From a virus, in IMG/VR virus record IMGVR_UViG_3300050343_000285, positions 130,788 to 194,787 of that record: a stretch of DNA of 64,000 nucleotides; one strand, 5' to 3'. The position numbers and the translations under genes are program-made. The notes below the pieces were generated by a model. That model was not told the DNA's origin. It searched no databases and saw only the letters and a program-made list of their open reading frames with translations. Position 1 is the first letter of the stretch, and each line of letters begins with the position of its first letter. This document shows, piece after piece, positions 41,378 through 51,322 of the stretch.

Positions 41378-43202
41378 TAAGTTCTTCTGTACTCATGTCC
41401 CAAACAAAAGTTTCACCTGTATTTATATCAGAATTTTTACTGATATTATGCATTTTTACTATAGGGTATATATAATATTTTAATTTAATATCTAGATTAG
41501 CATTAGGCTCACAACAATATCCTAAAAATTTGTCCACAGGGCATGTAATTGACTTTTTAAAATTCCAATTAATAAATTCTTGATTTTTTATAGGATCATA
41601 TTCTTGAGGTTCAATACCACTTAATAGTTTAGGATTGTCTGTGGCTTTTAGTAGTTTTTTTGCTCCATTTAGGCTGAGTATATATGATTCTGCGCCGTCA
41701 AATAACAGCCTGTCATTTTCCCATCGTATTCTTTTTGATAAATTAATAAAATCGTCATCTTTATTTATAATAAGATTAGAATTTAATATCTCTTCTACAG
41801 TTTCTCCAAACACATCGTCTTCTAAAATTAATGCGTTTTCAATATTTTCATCGACAATTTTTTTCCATAATAAATAATGACTCAGGTATACCCCTATAGC
41901 ACCATTAGATTTTTTAAAATAAACATCGGAAGACATATTACAAGGATTGATTTCTAAATCATATTCCAGATGTTTTAAATGATTTGTCCTAGTATCTATA
42001 GCAGAAAATCTTTCTAATTTATTTTTAGATAGCAACTCCCATCTGTCTGATCTGTCATCTAAATTAATACAGAATATCCTATTGATTACAGATTTATCAT
42101 ATTTTATAGTGTTTTTTATATTATATCTATTTCTTCTAGGAGTCAAAGGAGAAAAGTTTGTACACATATATCTATTATTAAGTTCTGATGAGCCAGTATT
42201 TTGCTCAATATAACTATTAGTTCTTGAATCCTCATCATGGGGTATATGGTATATTGCATTATCAATATCAAACCAAACAACCTCAGTTATATCTGGATTA
42301 GATTTTTTAATTCTATTATAAAGATCAATCTCATCGTAACCATAACCATTCAGGTCTTCTCTAAAATAGGCATAGTCCCCCCTATGTATCATAAAAAATC
42401 CAGAAGTATGTCTAGAAAAATTATAATCTGATCTAATAAAATAGTTATGACATAATCCGTTTTTTAAATATATATTAAGCCAGTTACTATCTATTAACTT
42501 ATAGTCAGCATCTACCTTGATTATAATATCCCCAACAGAAAAATCGAATGCTAAATTGTAAGCCTTACCTAAATTGAAGTATGGCTCATCGTCTACTCGG
42601 AATAACTTTACTTTATCATAATCTTTCATATCTAAAGGAATATCCGATGAATAGTCTACAATAATTATTTCTGTAACTAAGTCAATATTATGCCAAGAAT
42701 CTAAAACCTGCAATAAGTTTTCTGTTCGATTCTTAGCGGCTATTATAACTGATACGGTTTTATCTAATGGTTTGTCTGACTTTAAAAAACCTATAGCCTT
42801 ACCGTGCATAACATAATGATAGAAATATTTTTCTCTTTTAGATATACCTATTTGAGTAGCGTGTGGCTCATAAAAGTCAATAACATTAGGGCATTGTTTC
42901 TCATAAAATACTTCATCAAAATTATCATCCACCCTATGTGTTTGATAAAATTGAGATAATGTAATTAAAGGTTGTTTGAAAGTTTTTTCTATTTCTTGAA
43001 TATCGGATTGATCAACATTTGTACTAGCATTTTGCTTAATATAATTATGAAAAAATAGCCTATGTTTATCGTTTATATTAATACTTTCACACAAAGACCG
43101 ATGAAAATTTTTTGCTTCTGGGTTTTTTAATAGATATTCTTTTTCATCAAAATTTTGGTCTACTATATGTGTTTTGTAAAATTCCTCTATAGAAATTATC
43201 AT
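41352..43202 (-). CDS. multi-domain glycosyltransferase (GT2/GT7-like plus GT25)
   Basis: Two FD..Y repeats, then AAKNR..NL, KVDAD, GYGYDE; then INLDDRSDRW, GAIG.YLSH, ILEDD. Confidence 0.85.
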   Translation of the reverse strand: MIISIEEFYKTHIVDQNFDEKEYLLKNPEAKNFHRSLCESININDKHRLFFHNYIKQNASTNVDQSDIQEIEKTFKQPLITLSQFYQTHRVDDNFDEVFYEKQCPNVIDFYEPHATQIGISKREKYFYHYVMHGKAIGFLKSDKPLDKTVSVIIAAKNRTENLLQVLDSWHNIDLVTEIIIVDYSSDIPLDMKDYDKVKLFRVDDEPYFNLGKAYNLAFDFSVGDIIIKVDADYKLIDSNWLNIYLKNGLCHNYFIRSDYNFSRHTSGFFMIHRGDYAYFREDLNGYGYDEIDLYNRIKKSNPDITEVVWFDIDNAIYHIPHDEDSRTNSYIEQNTGSSELNNRYMCTNFSPLTPRRNRYNIKNTIKYDKSVINRIFCINLDDRSDRWELLSKNKLERFSAIDTRTNHLKHLEYDLEINPCNMSSDVYFKKSNGAIGVYLSHYLLWKKIVDENIENALILEDDVFGETVEEILNSNLIINKDDDFINLSKRIRWENDRLLFDGAESYILSLNGAKKLLKATDNPKLLSGIEPQEYDPIKNQEFINWNFKKSITCPVDKFLGYCCEPNANLDIKLKYYIYPIVKMHNISKNSDINTGETFVWDMSTEELIDIYSSGK

Positions 43203-43301
43203 AAATTTTGTAACATCCGATTACTAATCAGATATGCATCCTAATAATTGTACGAATTATGGCTGGGTATTTCCTGGCTACAATAAATTACACCATTTTC
43301 A

Positions 43302-44623
43302 TCACACAACCCTAGAGTTTCCATGTAATATTTTAAATGTTGGAAATCTAAGACTAATACCTCCCTCTTGATTTTTAGTCTCTTCAAAATATTGTACAGT
43401 TATAACCTTACCCAAGATAGCATCAGGATTTTTATAAAAGTCTTGTCTTTGCTCTATACTAAATCCACTACCAACTCTAACAAGGTGATCTTTATGTTTA
43501 ATCATAAACAGCAGAAACATTTCTTCTTCACATTCTTTACCATCTTTAATGTAAGAATGGAAACATACCCATTTCTGTATCTACAACCTCATATTCGCAT
43601 CGTGAAAGGTTTTTACTTTAAAAATCTTTACTCGCTTACCTTTATATTGAACATTCTTACGAAGCATAACACCTTCCCAACCTTATCATCTGCTTTAGAT
43701 ACCCACTGTTGGAAGTGCTCGTCATCATCTGTACTATCTCCATTTCTAATGCAGATAGACAAGGACATTCATTATCCTCCATAGTAAACAATAGTTCTTT
43801 ATATCTTTGATATAGATTATGTTCACTTTTCTTTGCTTTAAACTCATCTTGCGTCATCATATCAAAGATTTTATAAGAAGGATTATTAATAGTATGATCT
43901 TTCTTACGAAGTTGTTTCATAATGCCTTGAAAGTCCTCATTACCATCTTCATCAATCAAACAGAGTTCTCCATCAAACACAACATCAGATAAACCAAGAC
44001 TTGCAATCCCATCGGCAACAACGCCCAAGGTAGTAAACTCTTTGCCCGTTCTGGAGTAGAAAGTAGTATTGCCAAAATGATCGACAATAGCCAAACATCT
44101 AACCCCATCAAGTTTACGAGATACAAACCACTCATCTTCCCACTCCACTAATTTAGGTTCATATTTTTCTGCAAGAGCAACACTGAACTCTGGAATAAAG
44201 TCAGGGAATAACTTTATTAATAAGTTTAATGCCAACCTTAGTCTTTAGGTCTTTATCTAAGATACAATAGACAAGTTCTTCTTGTTCAGGGATGTTTATT
44301 AATATAAGTATTTACAATTCTGATAGCATCATGTCCTGTATATCTACGAAGTTTTAAATCACTAAACAGTTGACACAAACCATATCCCGGTTCACAATCT
44401 CCGAAAGATAAATCTGGTCGCTTCTTAACTTGACTACTTGTTAAGCCATACATAAGATAATCATTATGTGCTAGATTTAATACATTTCTAGCATGAAGTT
44501 GATCTCCGTTATCTTCTTCTTTACCTGCTTTACAATACTTTGCAATAATTTCTTGTTTAGCAATAGTACTGCTGTTGTTACGCAGTTCATTATCATAGCC
44601 ATAACATATTCTGTGCTGTTCAT
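43302..44623 (-). CDS. ATP-dependent DNA ligase (frameshifted)
   Basis: SRKLDGVRC (KxDG), FDGEL, YKIFD, VGSGF, LRFP; N-terminus rebuilt from ATG at 44623. Confidence 0.92.
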
Positions 44624-44658
44624 TATATATCCTGTGTCCTGTGATTCCTGTTCCTTAC

Positions 44659-44687
44659 AGTATATACTGTTTATCGGCAGTTGTCAA
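44659..44687 (-). promoter_or_regulatory. sigma70-type early promoter of ligase
   Basis: TTGACA-actgccgataaacagta(17)-TATACT. Confidence 0.85.
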
Positions 44688-44938
44688 TCAGAATCTTTAG
44701 TGGAATCCCCAGTAAATAACTCTTGTATAGATTCTATTTTTGATGACAAAATTTCTTTTTGAAGTTGAGTAGTCTCTTGTTCTGTTTTTAGATCGTCTAT
44801 ATCCTGTTGTGCTATAGTATTTCTTACTAATTTATTAGCATGTTCATATCTTTCTATCTTTTTTGCTAAATTTTGTTCTAAAATTTCTTGTTGTTTTAAT
44901 TCTAATTTTAAAATTTTTAATTCAGTGTCTTTGCTCAT
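44684..44938 (-). CDS. coiled-coil hypothetical protein
   Basis: Heptad-rich 84 aa ORF after a promoter. Confidence 0.7.
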   Translation of the reverse strand: MSKDTELKILKLELKQQEILEQNLAKKIERYEHANKLVRNTIAQQDIDDLKTEQETTQLQKEILSSKIESIQELFTGDSTKDSD

Positions 44939-44967
44939 TATAATATCCTGTGAATTTATGACTTTTT

Positions 44968-44996
44968 AGTATACTATACAGAACCCTATTTGTCAA
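44968..44996 (-). promoter_or_regulatory. sigma70-type early promoter
   Basis: TTGACA-aatagggttctgtatag(17)-TATACT. Confidence 0.85.
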
Positions 44997-45000
44997 ATTT

Positions 45001-45729
45001 TTACATAAAATTTTCATACTCACCAACGGATAAATAATTTGAGATATCAATACGTCTTTGTCTATAGAAAGAATGTATTTTTCTAGGCATCCTAATATCA
45101 CTATCTCTAATTTCGCTTATACATAAAGGTGGATTGACAATAGTTGATTTAAGTTTTTTTGTTAAACGCCATACTATATGGTCTATTGGTTTAATATCTT
45201 CATATTGAATGCTTTGTAATTTAATGTTTAGATAAGATATTGCTTTAGTAGAATACCATATAGCATAAGTCCCACAAGTTATAAATCTATGCTCATTCTC
45301 TACAGGTATTAGAGGATCATTATTTTTTATGCTAGATTCTTGTCTTACGGACAATCTGTAATTATTATATCCTAAATAAACTATATCATATTCTTTAAAA
45401 ATATTTTTTGTTTCTAGCGTTTTTATAATTTTATTATAATTTTTATGGAAATAAATATCATCTTCTAGAACTAAACACGGTTGCCATTGATTGAAAAATA
45501 ATTGCTTATAACTCATCATGCAACCGAACGCTCCCTCTTCTCCTGTTAAAATTCTACGAGAGTTTTTTTTACAAAAATTTTCGTAATCTCTATATTCTTG
45601 TAGAAGATTGCCATCTAAAGCATCAAAGAACTGATAATCATCTATACCTACTTGTTGAAGTTTATACTCCATAAATTTTCTACGTTTAATATTTTTTTGT
45701 AAAGATAATATTTGAATATTGTTAAACAT
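45001..45729 (-). CDS. GT25 glycosyltransferase
   Basis: FFDALDG, GAFGC.MSY, LVLEDD, GTYAI, PIDH. Confidence 0.85.
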   Translation of the reverse strand: MFNNIQILSLQKNIKRRKFMEYKLQQVGIDDYQFFDALDGNLLQEYRDYENFCKKNSRRILTGEEGAFGCMMSYKQLFFNQWQPCLVLEDDIYFHKNYNKIIKTLETKNIFKEYDIVYLGYNNYRLSVRQESSIKNNDPLIPVENEHRFITCGTYAIWYSTKAISYLNIKLQSIQYEDIKPIDHIVWRLTKKLKSTIVNPPLCISEIRDSDIRMPRKIHSFYRQRRIDISNYLSVGEYENFM

Positions 45730-46483
45730 TTTTTATAAAATCCAATACTTTATTTCTATATGCTTTTATTTCTGAATTTTCATCTCTACGATACCAAGAT
45801 GTTATATACTTTTGAGAATTACCAGCGTTGTAAACATATATAGGTTTACCTATATATTTAGGGTTAGTTTCTTTCTTTTCTAAAACATAAAACATTTCTG
45901 CCATATCAGTACTTACTTTTATCCATTTATTATTCATCTTTAAGTATTTATCTACATCAATATTTTTGATTAATTTAGAACTCATTGTTCTCATATGTGA
46001 TGCTATAAAAGATTTTCTAACAGTATTTCTATAGGATTTATTTTTATGAATTTTATTGCTATAGTCTCTCAATGGGATAATTCTCTTTATTTTCTCTCCT
46101 GTGTTTATATAGCATCCATAAGTGCAATTATATCCAGTATTATATTCAATATTTAAAACATTTAAAACATTATCTCCATATAGCCAATCATCGCCATCTA
46201 GCATACAGCATATTTCGTGATCAAAAGTTCTAGTGTATGCTTGATATCTTGATCCTGCTGGCCCTAACTTTCCTGTATTCCTAATGTAAGTAAATTTTTT
46301 AGATAGACCTAAATGTTCGACATAATCCTGCACTAACTTTAAAGTATTGTCTGTAGAAGCATCATCTACATATATTGCTCTCCAATTATTATATTTTTGG
46401 TTGCTTATAGATTTAATATTATATTGATACCAATCGGAATTGTTGTAAGACGGTATTATAAAAACAAAATCATTCATATTCAA
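45722..46483 (-). CDS. GT2 glycosyltransferase
   Basis: IIPSYN, VDDASTD, MLDGDDWL. Confidence 0.9.
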   Translation of the reverse strand: MNMNDFVFIIPSYNNSDWYQYNIKSISNQKYNNWRAIYVDDASTDNTLKLVQDYVEHLGLSKKFTYIRNTGKLGPAGSRYQAYTRTFDHEICCMLDGDDWLYGDNVLNVLNIEYNTGYNCTYGCYINTGEKIKRIIPLRDYSNKIHKNKSYRNTVRKSFIASHMRTMSSKLIKNIDVDKYLKMNNKWIKVSTDMAEMFYVLEKKETNPKYIGKPIYVYNAGNSQKYITSWYRRDENSEIKAYRNKVLDFIKNV

Positions 46484-47108
46484 ATCTTTTAAAATCTTTT
46501 TTATATTTCTGATATACCTTGTCCTTTAAATTTTTATCATAGTATTCCGAATAATGGTCGTGCTGACTGACGTTCCATTTTCTATTATCAAATTGTTTTT
46601 CAAATAATTTTTTAGTCACAGAAACAAAATCGTTTTGTAAATTTTCAAATCTACCTAAAAAATCAATATTCTCAGGAATAAAATATATTTGTGGTAACAA
46701 ATGATTATCAGTTATATTTTTATTAGGCATATCACAAACATCATTAGCAAATTCTTTAAAACTTTTATCTTTCCATCGTTCGTAAAATTCTAATTTTGTT
46801 CTTTTATTTTTCGGATTCATCAGAGGTACGGTTAATAGTATCTTGTCGAAATATACAGAAACTAATCTATCGAAAGGATTTCTACAAAAAGAGAAAGTAT
46901 GATATTTATGGTGATATTCTGACGAAATATTCTTGAAGTTCTCATTTAGATTACCGTCTTTATGTTTTGAGAGATATTCTTCGCTTAATAGCCAGTAAAG
47001 TAAACTCCTGCTACCAACTTTTGGTACTAAATACCAAATATATTTGTATTGATGATTGATATAATATACATAATTATTTTTTAGATATTCATCCGACATA
47101 TGATTCAC
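46470..47108 (-). CDS. sulfotransferase family 2 protein
   Basis: VPKVGSRS, RNPFDRLVS, HLLPQ, GRFENL. Confidence 0.88.
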   Translation of the reverse strand: MNHMSDEYLKNNYVYYINHQYKYIWYLVPKVGSRSLLYWLLSEEYLSKHKDGNLNENFKNISSEYHHKYHTFSFCRNPFDRLVSVYFDKILLTVPLMNPKNKRTKLEFYERWKDKSFKEFANDVCDMPNKNITDNHLLPQIYFIPENIDFLGRFENLQNDFVSVTKKLFEKQFDNRKWNVSQHDHYSEYYDKNLKDKVYQKYKKDFKRFEYE

Positions 47109-47329
47109 TAACTTGTATATATTTTTTGATCGTGTTCTGTAAAATCTTTACTTAAATTTCTAACTAATTTCGATCCAGTTCTTCCGAAAAATGCGGGGAT
47201 AAAAGAATGACATAATAATAAAAGTCCTGCTTTTATGCATCTTAAACCATGACTAGCAGCGAATTTAAAGTGTTCATAATAACTCATATTATTATTTTCT
47301 AAGTGCTGGCGAGATTTTTCAATTACCAT
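47108..47329 (-). CDS. DUF6356-like small protein
   Basis: HLENNNMSYYEHFKFA...CHSFIP..F...GS. Confidence 0.6.
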   Translation of the reverse strand: MVIEKSRQHLENNNMSYYEHFKFAASHGLRCIKAGLLLLCHSFIPAFFGRTGSKLVRNLSKDFTEHDQKIYTS

Positions 47330-47630
47330 GATACACCTTATGATACACCTTTATTTCAATAAATTTTATATATCTCCAATGAATTGTGTGATGTAAATTA
47401 AAATTTTCACAAAATATATATATATTCATACATTCAAAAGCAGCACAATCTTTTCTTATCTCTGGTTCAACAACTTCAATTTCAATATGTGTAAACATAA
47501 ATGTGCTATGAAAATATGTTATCTGCTTTGGTCTGCCGTCTATTAAAAATCTGAGTACCTGATTATGCCGAACTTTTTCAACAGCATTTAAAAGCAACAG
47601 CAACGATAATAGGATTACTTTAGTTTTCAT
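47319..47630 (-). CDS. hypothetical protein with N-terminal hydrophobic segment
   Basis: Probable start MKTKVILL at 47630; the longer tracked start lies inside the tmRNA 3' end. Confidence 0.55.
   Translation of the reverse strand: MKTKVILLSLLLLLNAVEKVRHNQVLRFLIDGRPKQITYFHSTFMFTHIEIEVVEPEIRKDCAAFECMNIYIFCENFNLHHTIHWRYIKFIEIKVYHKVYHGN
47328..47351. repeat. perfect 12-bp tandem duplication ATGATACACCTT x2
   Basis: 47328-47339 and 47340-47351 are identical. Confidence 0.9.
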
Positions 47631-47633
47631 AAG

Positions 47634-47973
47634 TGGAGGCGAGGGGAGTCGAACCCCTGTCCAGTATAAATTCCACATAAACTTCTACATCGTTAGTCTG
47701 TTGTTATTAATACTACAGACAAAACTGTTTGTCTTTCCAACGTCAAAGTGATTACACTTATCTTTATATTTAATTCAGGTATACATTCCCTATCCGATTA
47801 TCGGAGTCAGCATAATTGGGTAAAAAGGTTTATGCAACCCCTCTCACCTAAGCGGCGAGTGCTAATACAGAAGTATCGGCAACTAAAATGTGATCTATTT
47901 TTAAACTGGCCTTTAGATCAACCAGTCGATGCGATCTATATTTCTATTTACCTGTCGAAACCAGTACGCCCCC
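47634..47973 (-). ncRNA. ssrA: tmRNA (340 nt), tag (A)ADTSVLALAA*
   Basis: 5' GGGGGCG-TACTGGTTTCGACAGG; 3' GGGGTTCGACTCCCCT-CGCCTCC-A; G3:U70 alanine determinant; TAGTT-GCC resume context; tag codons 47880-47848. Confidence 0.95.
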
Positions 47974-48207
47974 TTATATAATTCTTTCTTTTGGTGCTAA
48001 TTCAAAAGTTCTTATCTGTGGTCTTATTATAACGGGTGCTATTTCTTTTTCAAGTTTTTTTATTTGCGACCATTGAACCCAGTGGGTTGCTATACTTATC
48101 ATTAACAATCCCCATAGAATCCAAGTTGCTGGATGTATTCTGTCCATAAAATACCGTAGATAAATTGTGATAGAAATTAAAAATAATGGGATGACAAGCC
48201 TAACCAT
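47974..48207 (-). CDS. small two-TM membrane protein
   Basis: Two hydrophobic segments; stop codon abuts the tmRNA 5' end. Confidence 0.7.
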   Translation of the reverse strand: MVRLVIPLFLISITIYLRYFMDRIHPATWILWGLLMISIATHWVQWSQIKKLEKEIAPVIIRPQIRTFELAPKERII

Positions 48208-48269
48208 CTATATCTGTTTGATATATTAGATATACCCTTGGGCTTTTACTGGGCCATTATTTTAATTAA

Positions 48270-48506
48270 TTACTTAGCACAGGTTCTCTTACAAGCCTTA
48301 CGCTTGCGAGTTCCAAGTACTCCGTATCTTGTTTCTCCCTGCCTGCCGACAGTCTTAGTTACTTTATATCCTTGAGATTGTAGTGTAGGCTTAATATCAC
48401 TAATAGTAGCCCTTAAATTACCTACTTCAAACATACTGTATGCACTATCTTGACTGAGTGTTCTTCCTCTGGTTAGATAGTTAATAACACGATCCTGCTT
48501 TGTCAT
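48270..48506 (-). CDS. winged-HTH-like small basic protein
   Basis: VINYL..G.TLS...A..MFEVGNLRATISDI pattern. Confidence 0.55.
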   Translation of the reverse strand: MTKQDRVINYLTRGRTLSQDSAYSMFEVGNLRATISDIKPTLQSQGYKVTKTVGRQGETRYGVLGTRKRKACKRTCAK

Positions 48507-48626
48507 ATTTACCTCACAAGTATTAGTGGTTTTCCTTGTAAAATTTAAACTTCAGTTACCACTATTTCTAAAGTCTAAAACTGTTTATATTTTATAATAT
48601 GATGCCGAAGAGTCTGGTCAAGATTT

Positions 48627-48914
48627 TTAAAATAATTTCTTTTTCATAATAGACCAATCTGAAAAGATAATATTCAGGTTACTAAATCTACATAATGGAC
48701 AAGCATATCTAGAAGGGTCTGCTAACCCATTATCTAGACGTTTTTTATATGTAACATAGTAACCTTTTTCATCTTTGCAAATAACTTTATCTACCGGGAC
48801 ATTATTACCCTTGGCTTCTTTTTCAATATCAACAACCATACTAGAGTGACTTCCATATGGAGATGGAGTTTCGATAGTTCTTATGCTATCTTTGTCTTTA
48901 TGTATTTTTGCCAT
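48627..48914 (-). CDS. hypothetical protein
   Basis: 95 aa ORF with GGAG Shine-Dalgarno. Confidence 0.7.
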   Translation of the reverse strand: MAKIHKDKDSIRTIETPSPYGSHSSMVVDIEKEAKGNNVPVDKVICKDEKGYYVTYKKRLDNGLADPSRYACPLCRFSNLNIIFSDWSIMKKKLF

Positions 48915-48946
48915 CTATAATCTCCAATGAGTAATATACCTATCTA

Positions 48947-48956
48947 TATTTACACC
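48947..48956 (-). promoter_or_regulatory. GTGTA-type motif variant
   Basis: GGTGTAAATA overlapping the stop codon of 48950-49357. Confidence 0.35.
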
Positions 48957-49357
48957 TGTTGAAGATTCTTTCTCTTTAATTTTACTAATCTGTGCTTAGT
49001 TCTCCAAGTTTGAGTTAGGGGGCATTGAGAATCTTCCCCCATCCAAATATGACAGAAGCCGCCTTCTTTTGCTCCATACGCTATTATACCATTCTTATCT
49101 AAATTCATTACAGTAAATCTGCCTCTACATCCCATAGGAATAAATTCGCCGTCTACTACGGAGTATGGGCCTCCTGTGGCTTTAATAGTATCTCCCTTTT
49201 CCAACTCTTTCCAATCAAATTTCCTAATCATTTTTGTAGTTCTTTTCTCTTTGCTTTGAACCGCAAAAACAAAAGGATGTTGACATTCTGGACACATATA
49301 TGCTCTTGGCCCACACTGATGTCCGCATTTCTCGCAAGTCTTTTTACCTTTAGGCAT
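48950..49357 (-). CDS. Zn-ribbon hypothetical protein
   Basis: CEKC..QCG.RAYMCPEC. Confidence 0.7.
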   Translation of the reverse strand: MPKGKKTCEKCGHQCGPRAYMCPECQHPFVFAVQSKEKRTTKMIRKFDWKELEKGDTIKATGGPYSVVDGEFIPMGCRGRFTVMNLDKNGIIAYGAKEGGFCHIWMGEDSQCPLTQTWRTKHRLVKLKRKNLQQV

Positions 49358-49389
49358 CCTGTTTCTCCTGTGAAAGATTAATTGCTTTA

Positions 49390-49418
49390 AGTATACTATG
49401 TATATCGGTAGTTGTCAA
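49390..49418 (-). promoter_or_regulatory. sigma70-type early promoter
   Basis: TTGACA-actaccgatatacatag(17)-TATACT. Confidence 0.85.
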
Positions 49419-49681
49419 GTAGAATCTTTAGGCGTTTTTTTTTGCTTTTGTACCCAAAGATCATACCTTTCTTTGCTTTCCTTAGCCTTTTGTATAAAAT
49501 TAGAGAAAGCCTCTTCTGCATTATATTTTTTATCTTGTTTAGAAGAATTAATATATATATCATCTGTCATAGGTTCTGGATATTGTTTCTCTTGCGTTTC
49601 CAAAGCAGGCATAGGTATTTTTTTTACGCTTGCTATTCTTGGAGTTGTGGGATCAAGAGGTATTCTTTTTGGTTCTTCCAT
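49415..49681 (-). CDS. hypothetical protein
   Basis: 88 aa ORF with GGAG Shine-Dalgarno. Confidence 0.65.
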   Translation of the reverse strand: MEEPKRIPLDPTTPRIASVKKIPMPALETQEKQYPEPMTDDIYINSSKQDKKYNAEEAFSNFIQKAKESKERYDLWVQKQKKTPKDST

Positions 49682-49694
49682 AATTGATGACTCC

Positions 49695-49841
49695 TTATTT
49701 AGAGGCTAATAGATATAAGCCTATATTAGAAAATGAATAACCTAAGTAAGCAATAGACATGCCAATATTCCCTTTATATAATTGATCGCAACTAACATAC
49801 AGATAAATTAATCCGGTTAGTGCTATTAACCATCCACTCAT
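49695..49841 (-). CDS. small two-TM membrane protein typical of aquatic phages
   Basis: Hand translation MSGWLIALTGLIYLYVSCDQLYKGNIGMSIAYLGYSFSNIGLYLLASK*. Confidence 0.7.
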   Translation of the reverse strand: MSGWLIALTGLIYLYVSCDQLYKGNIGMSIAYLGYSFSNIGLYLLASK

Positions 49842-50752
49842 ACATATACACCTTTACAATATTGTGAGATTGCTTTATCTTTCATTTTTAATTCCATGTC
49901 TAGGTCAAAATCCAATCCGTAAGTGTTAAAGATTTTGTAAGCATAATCTCCATGTTTTCTAGGATTAGGATGGTCTGGTATATTTTCGCTATAGTGAAAT
50001 AACGGCCTATACTCACCCCATGTTAAATAACATTGTTCTAATGCTTCTTGTTCTGACCAACCATCTGGATGACACGCATGATGTAAATAATCAAATGTGA
50101 TAGGTATGTTAGTTTTTGTATAAAAATCTTTTATAAGTTGTTTTACAGACCAGCAATTAAGTTTATCGTCATTTTCGATAACCAGACGATTACGACAATT
50201 ATCGTCAAGTCTGTTATAATTTTGAATAAATCTTTCCACCACTTCATCGTTACTTCCTTGTCGATTATTTATGTGTAAATTCATTGGCGAATTATAATCG
50301 GCAGGGCATCCTATTCTGTCAAGAAAACTACTGTAAAAATTTAATTCTTTAATAGTTCTATTCACAGCATCAGTATTAAGAGAGGCTAATACATTAAACT
50401 CACTAGGATGACAACTGATGCGCACATTAGTTTGTTGAATTGTATATGCTATTTTATCAAACGCATTGTCTATTTTTTCATAATCAGGTAATTCATACCA
50501 ATCAATATTAGCCGCTGTATATGTCATTAAAGGAAAAAGATCGCTACTAATGCGATAACACATATTATTATCGGCACAATGCTGTATTGTAGCATCGGTG
50601 ACTAACATATTATTGAGAATACGCTTACTTAATATAGATAATGCCTCACTACGATCTAGTTGACTAAATCGTTTATAAGTCATAGTTTGAAATCTGAGAG
50701 GATTTTCAAGTTCTTGCAAATCTATAGATATACAACATAAGCCAAAGCGCAT
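49838..50752 (-). CDS. uvsE: UV DNA damage repair endonuclease
   Basis: GLCCI, YRISSDLFP, RISCHP, LHIN, IENDD, FDYLHH, PLFHYSE. Confidence 0.93.
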   Translation of the reverse strand: MRFGLCCISIDLQELENPLRFQTMTYKRFSQLDRSEALSILSKRILNNMLVTDATIQHCADNNMCYRISSDLFPLMTYTAANIDWYELPDYEKIDNAFDKIAYTIQQTNVRISCHPSEFNVLASLNTDAVNRTIKELNFYSSFLDRIGCPADYNSPMNLHINNRQGSNDEVVERFIQNYNRLDDNCRNRLVIENDDKLNCWSVKQLIKDFYTKTNIPITFDYLHHACHPDGWSEQEALEQCYLTWGEYRPLFHYSENIPDHPNPRKHGDYAYKIFNTYGLDFDLDMELKMKDKAISQYCKGVYV

Positions 50753-50772
50753 AATTTTTCTCCGTTTTTTTC

Positions 50773-50801
50773 ATTATATATGAGATATCGGCATGTGTCA
50801 A
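50773..50801 (-). promoter_or_regulatory. sigma70-type early promoter of uvsE
   Basis: TTGACA-catgccgatatctcata(17)-TATAAT. Confidence 0.88.
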
Positions 50802-51322
50802 GTTGTAACTTTAGAGGAGTTATGCCAATCTAAGAAATCATACATATTTCCTAATTTTTTATATTGTACTTCGTATCTACTCTGATCATAAGTAAAATTA
50901 TTAGTTTCATGTCCTGCTTCTTTTAACGTGGCTATTTGAAAAAATTTAATTTTAGATGCTATACCACATATCCAAGCAATCTTAAAGTCATTTTTAACTC
51001 TACTAAATATATAATAGTCTGTATCTCTATTTTTTTGTTCTTCATACAATGTGGCACTATAAAATTCTAAGGGCTTACTATTGCATCCTTGAGCCTTAGA
51101 GTCTATCGTGCTAGCATTTAATATAAAGTCTACAAAATGGTCTTCGCTATATTTAATTTCTGGAAAAGTATGATGTATACAAGCCTCTGCTAAATAACCA
51201 GTCATTCTTTGTCTATCTTTATTTGTTCTATGTGTTCCGACATTACCAAATTTTTTGTAGTATTTTTGATTTCTTGATTCTGCTTCTTTAAGTATTTCAT
51301 CCGTTATTATAACTTCTATCAT
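50798..51322 (-). CDS. PD-(D/E)XK nuclease-like protein
   Basis: GYLAE, VDF..., IDSK spacing; probable start MIEVII at 51322. Confidence 0.45.
   Translation of the reverse strand: MIEVIITDEILKEAESRNQKYYKKFGNVGTHRTNKDRQRMTGYLAEACIHHTFPEIKYSEDHFVDFILNASTIDSKAQGCNSKPLEFYSATLYEEQKNRDTDYYIFSRVKNDFKIAWICGIASKIKFFQIATLKEAGHETNNFTYDQSRYEVQYKKLGNMYDFLDWHNSSKVTT

Noticed and set aside
47631-47678. N-terminal extension MWNLYWTGVRLPSPPL of ORF 47319-47678
   Set aside because: It is the translated tmRNA T-arm/acceptor; the real start is more likely the ATG at 47630.
48592-48621. Possible promoter TTGACC...TATTAT/TATAAA upstream of the HTH-like gene
   Set aside because: The spacer is 16 or 19 nt with a weak -35 and no CGATA word; not supportable.
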